In this document: positions 26,832-38,100 of the stretch, in pieces
How the letters are laid out: every line of letters starts with the position of its first letter
Numbering within the stretch: the stretch's first letter is position 1
Assembly: GCA_964234715.1 (NCBI GenBank)
Contig: OZ174275.1
Source: Podarcis melisellensis
Lineage: Eukaryota
Length of the DNA stretch: 64,000 bases
Reading direction: 5' to 3' (one strand)
The notes under the pieces: generated by a model
What the model saw: the letters and a program-made list of their open reading frames with translations, nothing else
The model's database searches: none
What the model was told of the DNA's origin: nothing
Position numbers and translations under genes: made by a program

Positions 26832-29800
26832 GTTTATGTTTAGTGTATATGAGATCATAATATGGACAATTTCCTCAACCGAGGAACAGGTGCTAGAATG
26901 GGACTCCTAAAACCAGTGGGAGAAACAAAAGGGGTGTCTAGAATTCAGGTGTCAAATCATATAGCATACAAAACACCACAAAGAATCACCATTTATTTAG
27001 ACTACAAAGGGGAAATGGAGCTGGAAAGGATAAAGAAACACTGCATAATTAAGGAAACTACTATGCCTATCTTGTGTAATGGACCAATGATTAAAGGTGT
27101 AAATTTTGTGAAAGCTTAATGAAGCTGTAGTGAGAGAAAAATATGTACCTGCAACACTAGAGGACCTTCTCCCGAAAGAGACAGGAACCAAAGTATTTTC
27201 CAAATAGGATACTTCAGTATCTAGCAAATACCTTTGACAAACTAGACTGCTACACTGACTAGATTTATCACACCCTTTGGGAGATTTTGTTTTCAGCGCT
27301 TACCATTTGGAATTGCGAGTGCTTCCTAGATTTTTTAAACAAAGATGACAGAAGTCCTGAGAGAGATAAAAGGAGTAATTGTCTTCCTGAATGACATTCT
27401 AATACAGAGTACATCAGTGGAAGAAAGACCATGACAAAACACTGGTCATTGTCAGGAATAAGATCCATTAATCTGGACTCAATATAAACAAGGAGAAATG
27501 CATTTTTCATCAAGGTGAAGTTGAATTACTTGGACAACTAATCACACAACATGGGACAAAGCCATGCCTAGAGATGGTAAATGCCATCAAAGAACTGAAA
27601 GCACTGAAGGCTACAGAACTGAGACAATTTCTGGGAATGTTGAACTATCTTTCTAGGTTGATATTTGTACAATACTTCAAAAGAGAAACAACCACTACAC
27701 CAATTATTGAAACCCACTACTTCCTGGTTTTGTGGATCAGTTCTGTGGGCTGCCTTTAAAAATATAAATGAGATTATCTCCAATCTTAGTTTTAGGATGC
27801 CACAAGCCTACAATGGGTAGCACTGATGCAAGAAAGTACAGATTTAGGTGTGCTATTAAAATTGCATGGTTCAGAATGGATGCCAGTCACATTCTGCTCT
27901 AGAACTCTAACCAGAGCAGGAAAAAATATTATCAAAAAAAATTTTTGCTAGTGTTTCTGCATGCAAAAACTTTTACAGATACCTATGTGATCTGCCTTAT
28001 TTCAGATTCGCAGACCATAATCCCTTTGTGACCTTGATTAAAGAAAAAAACATGTAGCAGAATATATTACAAGAAAACAATTGATCATAGCAGACACCTT
28101 GTCACAAAGTCCCACAAGAGCCTGATTATATTCTGCTGAGAGTGAACATGGAATACTTAACAGAAACTGATGATATCTTCTTCCTATCACTGAGAAGGTG
28201 CAATCACCAAAAGCAAACTCTGGGGCTTGCATAGTAGAACTAACAGCAATGTTACTGTCACCACTACTACTTACTCTGAGTTATTTGGAAGCTGTCAAGG
28301 TAAATGACCGAAGACCTGAACTATCAAGTAGTTTAACAGCACTGATGTACTGGTTGTTTATTTAAATAAGGAAGAGATGTTGTGTGGATAGTGTCATTCT
28401 CTGGTTTGGTCAATAGGTGGCATTGTACTTAGTTAAATCTTCAAGAGTTTCCTTTGTTGGTTCTGTTCTTGTTGGAGACAATGATGTTCTTATCTAGCTG
28501 CCTGACTGGGAAGCCCTCTAAGCCTTCCATGACATGTGATAACAAATCTATTTAGAGTAATGCTTATACAAATCAAAACTAATTATTATGTGCAAAGACG
28601 AAACCAAACCAAAGGAGTTGCTATGGGAGTGAAAAGAGGGTTGTGCAAACTAACCTTGCATGTCTCCATGTTATACTAATTAATTCATTACTTAGAAACA
28701 TATGAGGTCAGCACTTAAAGAATGTGTGAACCTTCCTAAGTGTTGCACCACAATAAAGACACCCTCAGTTTTTCCTCCTCTGAAAGAAATTGTCCTCTTA
28801 CCGTAAAATGTAAGTAAAGTGGGGGAATCTCTCTTCATACCAGAAGATTAGGAAACTAGGTCTGTTTCTGCAGAGGCTTTCAACTTATTAAGCTAAACAA
28901 GATAAGCTTTATAGAGGAAATGCGGTGCTCAGAGTGAAAATTCCTCCCATTTTACTGAACAGCTGCATGTGTAGTTATCAAACATGGCCCTAAGTTAAAA
29001 GAATAATCATTTAGGAGCTGTTTGCCAAATAAATCCAATGACAGATGAGGCTGATTTCCCAGCAGTGGAGGAGACACAAACCAGGCTCAAAACCGCAAAT
29101 AAAATCTGAGCATTTCTCATTAATGCAGGCACACCTCATTTATTGTGCTTTGCTTTAATTGTGTTTCACAGATCTTGCTCCTTTCAAGGATGCAGGTGCA
29201 GTTGCAAGCAGCCCAGCCACATCCAAGGGAAGGAAGCGCCCTGCTACCACAATTCTTCTGGCTACAGGAGTGGAGCTGGCTAGTGCTGGACTTGGGCTTT
29301 TCCCCTCCTGCCCCTGATGATGGGGGCGGGGCGGGCGACCCGGCTTAGTAGCCTACAGCATAGAGAAAACATAACTTTTATATGCACTAGGAAACAAAAT
29401 GAAAAAATATTGCTTTAATGCAATATTTGCTTTATTGTGCTGGCCTAGAACCAAATCCATAATATCTCCGAGGTACATCTGTATCTCCTTCCTTCTCTGT
29501 GGCATTCTTTGTTTTGCAGCTACTTTTTAGCTCAAGGGCTTAGGGCAGGATGGGAAACCTGTGGCCCTCCTGATATTGTTAGACTGTGTAGCAAGACACC
29601 CCACTGTATACTTTATATGTGGAGGACCAGATTTTATTTCTCACTTATTCACTTTCTAACCACCAAATATTAGCATTAGTAAACTGTATAGTTCTGATAA
29701 CTATATCCCAGAAGCTATGGCATGATAGATGTGGTACAAAACCATCTAGACACTCTTTTATAATTAAATATAGAGGCATAATAAGGCGAGTTTTATATTT

Positions 29801-32800
29801 CAGTTTGTTACTATTGCTTTAAGACATACTTATATTTGCTCTAATAAGGTTCCTGTATCTATAAATAACAGTTATAAAGGTTTACATAAGGCTGACTGGT
29901 AAAACTTAGTTCCTAATTCTATTTAACTTAATACTGCTTAGTCTGTCTTCCCAGTCAATCTCACTACTAAGTCCTTTGAGACAGGCTTGCAGGCAGTTCT
30001 CACTCTGGACAGCTCCAGAAGCTCCTTGCTGAATTCCCCTCATTTCTTAATGCCCTTATATGGCCTCATTGCCAATCTTCAGCTTATGCAGTGATCCAGC
30101 TCTTTGGGGGCAGACTATTTTTCCAGCTTGGATAGCTGAAGGAATGGGTTTCCAAAACCCAAAACTGACTGTGCAGACAGTTTTTAAACTGCACCAAAAT
30201 CCCCATTTCTCCTTAGCTAAAATGCATAAACTTTAGCCGTTGAGCAAATGCAAAACAAGAACACAGCTCTCTCCCTTATCAGTTTGATGGCAAGACTGGC
30301 CTTGACTTTACCAGTAGAACAGACACAGACATATCTTATGTCCTGACCATAAATGACCCAGAGACCCAAGCCTGGGACTAACGCCAGAGCATGTTTTTGG
30401 AAGTAGTGACCTCTTGCTCCAAGATAGAAGTAGGAACAGGAATATCCTTTTATGGTCAGGAGTGCAGGAAGGAAATCCCTTTTATGGTTAAGAGTGCCGG
30501 AGCAGGAACATATGTGATGTCAACCTACGTATACAAGCTGACGTGGTTGGAAGGAGGGAGAGGGTGCCTGGAGGGTATATATATACTGCATGAAACTTGT
30601 CATTTCTTTGGACTTGCTGTGGACTTGATCACGCAAGTGCCTTCTGCTATCCGGAGAGCAGAATAAACTCTTTCTTTGAATCAACCTCAGGTGTCGTTTG
30701 ACTTCCTTCCTCCTGTCCCGGAGCAACGCTGACCCAATCGGTGCCTGTCTTCCACCTGCTTCAACTCCCCCCCCCTCTTCATCTTTGCCCCCTGTTCTTC
30801 ACCCCTCATCATTTGTCAGCTTCAACAGTAGTAGAATAGACCTATTTATTTCCCAGCCAGCCTATTCTTCAATGAATCAGATTTGATTCATTAAATCCTC
30901 CTCATCAACCCACTTTCCCCATCCAATAAGTGACCAATAAATTCTGCCCAATATGCCAATCAGAAATGTAGTTTTCCAGTTGCAGGAAAATGGGATGGCT
31001 TATTCCTCAGTAACGACCATATCTTTCTTGTTTTACATGAATATTTTTATTTGTTATGTCTGCATCTCGTTTTTCCTCCAAGCTGCTCAAGGAAGTATAC
31101 TGGGGCGGTTGTCTGGTTAATCCTTGCATCACCACCGTTAGGAAGGTTAAGTCCATGCATAATAGCTAAGCAGTGATGTAAACCCAGATCTCCCCAGTCA
31201 AAAGGTCAGCTACATATTATGTGCATAATCTGCTATTGTATCACTTGTTATTTAAAAGACAAAATGTAGATGGGGGAGGGCTGTCAATTTATTTGAAGCA
31301 GAGTATATGCATACGACTTTCCTCCTGCACTGTTTTCCTGAAATTATCTCCCCAAGCAAGAGGGAAAGTGCCTATATTTCCCCCCATGCAGGGCAAATGC
31401 AGCTGTGTGAAAGATTTTGATCAGGAAAAAAGTGCAAGGAGAGACGTATAAAATACACATCTCATGTACTGCTCCAAAGAAATAAGGCAAGCTTCCCCAC
31501 CCACACCCCTTGTTCCTGTGCCCCCATTTAAAAAAATCGGGAGATCATGATAGCTGGCTCCAAGCCTAGAGATCGATCTAGCCACACTACACCACACTGG
31601 TTCTGACTGGTGTTAACAGCCTTTTTTCTTCTCAATGAACATCCTTTCCAAAGCAACCTTCTGCACTGAAGAAGTTGTCTTATGCCTAATATACAAGATA
31701 CAGATACAGCAGAGATGGAGGTAGTAGAGAGTGATATGGATCAACATGGGGGCAGATTTACAGAGTTATGAAGGAGCCCAGAACTGACATGGCACAATGC
31801 AGGCTAGTGTTTCCCCGCAAATCTGAAAATTTTATTTTAGAAATCTGTAAGAAATCATGGAGTATGTTTACTATTTTTTATGTTATCATGATTTTAAAAG
31901 GATTTGTTGCAACACTATATTTTAGTTTATAAACCACGCTGTATAATTTATATAAAGGTAGGAAATAGATGGGGAAAGTTAATAAACAAATGAACAAAAG
32001 AGCCCTTGTAAGCATATGTATGCTTGGCAGTGGGGAGGGCGAACTAATTATGTAAAGAAATATTCCACCTACAAGTTAGTGTAGAACTCACTATATGATT
32101 GATTAGAGCAGGCTAAGCGCCATTTGGATAAGCCAACAATTTGTGCTACCAAAAACTAAAGGGAATTTAGTACAACGGGGGGAAATCAGATACACTTGCA
32201 GGCCCAAGCAGGATTCAACATGTTGTGAAACTTTCGGCTGACAAAGGAGAAGCAGCATGGGATGACAAGTCAGAAACTACTATATGGAAGAGAGTCTCCT
32301 AGCTTGTGGGAGGTGGGAAGAAGAGAAGATGTTGTGTGTATCACATTATGGCTTCACTGCATGGTGTGTTTGTGTGTCCCACAAACAGGGTAGCTGAAAA
32401 AACAATCCGGCAGACGTATTCGACTCAGTTTCCAGTAAACGTATTACCTATTATTCTTGAACATACGTGATAACTTTAAAGCACATTCAAAGCACATTAT
32501 TTCTCTCAAACAATTCTGGGCACTGTAGTCTACCCCTCACAAAATCACAGAATTATAATTCCCAGCAGCCCTTAAAAACCCACAGTGCACAGAATTATTT
32601 GAGCTGGCAGTGGGTGGGGGATGTGCTTCAAATGTAGTATCCACACTTTGCATTCTGAAATCCTGTACTGGATAGTGGAGCAGCTGCTTTCACAGATTTT
32701 GTTTTTACACATTTATTTACTTCCATAGCATACTCATAGAAATAACAATGACAACAAGTATTTAGCAACACTGTGTCCCTGGCGCTCAGGTATCCTTTAC

Positions 32801-35112
32801 AATCCTGTCACCCTTGTTGTAAGTGACTTCCTAATCAGTGGCGTAGCGTGGGTTGTCAGCACCCGGGGCAAGGCAAGTAATTTGCGCCCCCTAACCCATG
32901 GATTTGCGCCACCTAACCCTAATCCCCAGATGTTGCGCCCGGTGCGGCCGGCCCCCCCTGCACCCCCCACGCTACGCCACTGTTCCTAATGAAAAGTTAA
33001 TGTGGAGATGTGAGGAGATCATTCATTCGGGCCAAAACAGGTGAAATACCCACTTATCATCAGTAAGTACACACTGTCACACAAATGATAACACCAGGGG
33101 CAAAGTATAATTTACACAGCCCTCAGAGGAAGAGTTTGAGTTTCAGCCCACTCTTGCTAGTGCTATTTGGTATGTCCTGCTGCCTGAAAAGACTGAGAGA
33201 GCAAATCCCAACACAGAAGCTGCATTCCCCTTAGAGGCCATTCATATACGGTATGTTATTTCCCCCAGCTCTCATGGTCATTTTTATTGCTCAAACAAGT
33301 GACCTTCAAAATAAATCAACTGCCATGTAGTAAAGGATTTGGAAGGTTGAATCCATCCATACAAGTCATTCCACAGTCACTGAAAAGCCCCAAGTGAGTT
33401 TATAGCATCTGTTGGATGATGGTGCCTATCACCTGCAACTTTTCCATGCCTTTCACTAAGCATGAATGGAGAGCAAGGCTAGTTTGTGACTGCCTTGCAG
33501 TGGAAGTATAGTCGTGGGGTGGTGCAGAATTCTGAATACCTTTGCAATTCTTTGTTTACTTCACCAAGTACAAGTCATTTTATTATGGTCAATTACCAGT
33601 ATCAAGACAAAAACACAAATACTCAGAGATAGCGAGTTGTTCTGGGTCAAATCCGATATTCCCGCTGAGGGTTCTGCAATTGGTTCAGAGAGTCTGCCTC
33701 TGCCCTATCCTCCGCCAACCCCCAGGCAAAGAACAGCTCCAGCTGCCAACAAATACTTGTGTCATGCACTTAAAATTATCATCACCCCAAAATGTACCAC
33801 AGCATCAGCACATGACCAGTATTGTTATTAGTAGAATTTGGCAGGATGCAAGGAATTTTGCGGTGATGTGATAAACGAGCTTGTAATTTTTTATTATTTT
33901 GAATTTTCTTTATTTATCATATGTTTCACTGTATTTGCATATAGTGTTGCATGCCGCCTTGACATTTTATATGTGTGGGCGGTATATCCCCCCCCCCAAA
34001 TACGTAAATAAATTCTATCCTTCCATCTGCTGGGTCCAAGTTCCCTGAGATTTTAATTTTAGCTCCATCATGCAACAAAGCCTAGGCATTGCCTCATCTT
34101 GCCGTACTGCAAAAAGCCTTTTTGGATCAGCTCGCACAAAGCACACACATGCTAAATTAACTAGGAGTGGAGATAGAAGAAACATTTTTAGAGCAGTTGG
34201 GTTAGTTTGGAAATGCCCTCACTGCTCTCAGCCCCATCTCTCTCCTCTCCAAGGTCAAGCACTTTATAAAAAAAAAACTAGTTCTGCTAGTTTGCAGCAG
34301 AAGCCAACGGCATATAGTGTTAAGCGGACAGCACCCATGACAACACCAAAAGCAAAACAAAACCCTATCCCCAGAGCAGCATTATGCTTCTTCTTTTAAA
34401 GTTTCCTTTCTTCTTTTAATGAATACATCAAAGATTAATGGATAAACATACATGTATGACGCTTTGAAAATTAGAAAAAAGGGGAGAGTCCAGATGACAC
34501 ACAGAGGAGGGAAGGGACAAAACCGAGAACTAAGACAGCACTTGATGTTGTAAGTTTACCCACTAGCCATTGCAGTAGCAAAGCCAGGAGACACTGGACT
34601 CGTCCTTTGGCGGAGGAACCTGCCCATGTGAAACCTGTTTTAATAAAGCACCAACCTTCCACTTCAGTGTCAGCCTTTAGTTACCCTGCAGTCTATACAT
34701 GATGCCCAGCACTTCCTTTGCCCTGTAACAGTGGTGTAAAAATCAGTCCTACTGGGTAAAGTGCCCCACTCCAACTGAAGTGAGAGCCTGCTGCATTGCT
34801 TTCACAGAATGGATAGCCATTCCAGAATGAATGACTATGAAGTAGTTATTGAACAATTAAATAAGCTGCTTTATTTAATATACTTTAAGACTATACGGCC
34901 CTAGCTCTGAATCCCCCAGGAGTTGTAGCTATATGGGTTTTAAACTGACCCACTTGTTAAGCAGTTGGACACATTGAGATATGGTCTTGTGTTCATCCCT
35001 CCCCACTTCTTTCAGCCAGCCAAAGATTCAGATAAAAGAGGTAAATTGTTCTTGAAGTGTCTGCCTTTGATCTGCAGACTTAATCTGTTGCAGAGGAGAA
35101 GAGAGCACTTAT

Positions 35113-35156
<44 letters not shown>

Positions 35157-38100
35157 AGTTTACAATTTTTTCATCTGCCAGGTTTGAACTCTCTCACCAC
35201 TTATTGCTAACTATGGATAGAATTCTTATTTTGGAACTGAATCTAAGACTGTGCACATATTACAGGCTTAAAAAACAGCTAGAGTGTTATTTTTCCTCAA
35301 TTAAGATTGGAGCCAGTTCGGGGGGGGGGGGGGACAGGGCACAGAATACATGGAATACTTCATAAGAGAGATACAGGAGAGATCTGGATTGTGGCTAATA
35401 TCGTGTGTCCAGTTTCTCAAACCAGCAGTGGGAGCACACTGGATGCAGAGCAAAAGGGAGTATGTACACAGCCAAAAAATCTCTGCTCAGTGTATACTTG
35501 AGCAAATCACTGTTTTTCAAGCTTCAGTTCCCCCATCTGCAACAAGGCCACAGTAAGTACCTACCCTTTAGGACTGTTGTGAGGGCAAAGCAACAACAGA
35601 GCTAAAATTGGCACAGATTATAATTGCTTCCAGGCATTGCCACGTTACGACAAGTGTTGAACTGTGTGAAAAGTGGTTGCTATGCTCTACACCCCTCTCT
35701 TTCATGTTCCTTTTAAGACTTCTAGAGCTACTTGTGCTTTAATGCGAAAAGAGTTCTTCTGTGTTGGGAGTACAAGGACAGGAGCCAAGGGATCTTACAC
35801 ATGTAATCACCCCGGATGTTTTATTTATTTATTTATTTATTATGCACTTCGAAAGGCAAGCTATGCCTCTTAAGAGGTAAATTGTACTGAAATCAACACA
35901 GCTTAGTTTTTGAATGATGCATGTAGAAGCATTACATATTTTATACATTTGTAAGGCTAACAAACAATAGCAGCACTAGCAAAAGCTAAGCCTTTTTCCC
36001 TCTTGGGGAGGAGTCATTGGTAGATTCAGATAATTAACCCTGGATGAATCTCCTGCTAGGGTTCTCCTCATTGTTTCAAGGGAGACTTGAGGCAGCACAA
36101 AACTAGACTTCTTCTGATCTCAGCTGTTAAATGAAGCAGGTGTAAACATTCAGATGCCACTACTGCCCCTCTCCTTGTAGCAGCTACTATGCCACCATGC
36201 ATGCTATCACTTTGGAAAATAAAATGTCAGGTGTTAGGAAGTACTGAAGAAGAGGCCACCAGTCATAAATTTTAGAATTGGGGGTGGGTGTCATGGGCAG
36301 CTCCGGCTGAAAAAAAAAGCCCTGCATTCTACACACATTACAGATGTTTGGGATGAGGGTGCTCTGGCTAAAAGCAAGTGGCTTGTCTAAGGTCACCTAA
36401 TGAGTTTGAGGCAAAGATTAGATTTAACTGCAGAGTCTACAATGTAGACTTCTTCGGTCTGCAACGCTACCCCAGCTCTCATATCTGTGAGAGCTGCAAT
36501 CTGTGAGAGCTGCACAGCCCTGCAATCCATCCGTTATGAGGAACTTGGGTCCAGATGTCTCCACAACCAGTTTCAGTTCAGCCTTGTACATTGTGGTCCC
36601 CATTGTCCCAGTCAATTGGACACTTACAGCAGCTTGCCCAAGACAGTACTCAGATGCATTGTCAAATGTGTTGGCAGGGGGAACCCTAGAGCTAACAGAA
36701 CATGGATGTTGTAGGTCAGAGGGGGTGAGATGTACATAGGAGAAATACAAATCTGTGTTATATCTGCCTCTGGCTATAGCAGACATTTTTATGAGCATTC
36801 CAGCAACCATAATGATGCATATCTGTATGCAGTTCTCTCCCTCCCTTTCCTATTCTGCTGCTTTCTTTATCATGTATGGTGTCTGACTAAAAAGGAAGTA
36901 TGAATTATGTACAGCTGTCACTCTTCCTCTGTCTGGAATGCATCCCACCATTGCCCCTCCTAGTGTCTCCAGCTCAGAAACAGGCTGAAGCAGTTCTCAA
37001 CAAGCTCGAGTGGTTGACTTTGCAAGCAAACAGTGCTTGGACCTTCACCTGACATACCCTCTTATAGCCTCCAATGCCTTAACCACCACCGCAATCCAGA
37101 AACTAACCACCGGCAGGCCTACATTTGAACTCCTGAATGCATGAAAAGGGAGCTTTGGAGTGTTGCACAGGGGTGGAGAGAGGTACCCAAAAGTAAGAGG
37201 TAGGGGCCCCTCTGTCACTTGCCTACAGTTTACGACACCGTTGCAGGCCACCATCACAGAAAAAACCCAAAGTTTTCTTCCCAAGTTAAAATTTGTAACA
37301 TTCAGGGAATTGTATAATAACCCATCCCGAGAGCTGCCAATGGAACCTCCACTCACAGAGGTGGTTGTTGCCATGGGGAAAGTGAGGTGAAGTTGTCACT
37401 TTTTGCTCAGGCTATTTCCAATAGATAAAGAATTGGCACCAATGGGAGATTTTTTTCTTATTATAAAAAAATCAAAGTGGTTGCCGTGTTAAGTCTCTTG
37501 CAGTGAAAACAATCAAATAATATTAAGGCACCTTAAAGATGAGTAACATTTATAATGGCTTTCGTAGACTTAAGCTAGCATCTTCAGATGCATTTAATGA
37601 AGTGGCCTTGGGTCAGTGGAAGCCTCTGCCACAACCACAAGACTCTTTGATTGTTTTTCATTGGGCATGGAATGCTGTTGGACGGGGCTGGGGGACAGGA
37701 TGGGAAAGCCTGTGGGTGGGGAATTAAGTCAAGTATTTCAAAGAGCATGGCTGGTTGCCTAGAACACTGAAGGAGGAGCACTCCATACTGCAACATTTTG
37801 TTCCAGGTCCAAAACATTTTCTGGCCATTTAATGGTGCCCACTAAATCCTTGTGGAATGCCTCAAGGAAAGAAACAAAGAGTTGGAAATACATTGTTTTG
37901 TTACACTGAAAAGAGTGAGGAAAATGAGATCACATGAAAATGAAATGCAATATATACAGACTGTGAGAATCGCATTAAATCAGGCATAGGCAAACTCGGC
38001 TCTCCAGGACCAGTGGTCAGGGATGATGGGAATTATAGACTCAAAACATCTGGAGGGCCGAGTTTGCCTATGCCTGTTTTAAATGAATCTAAAATAACAA

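Noticed and set aside
36424-37374. 128-aa and 109-aa minus-strand ORFs in intron 1
   Set aside because: No recognisable homology, and no consistent splice path in frame with PKP3 exon 2.
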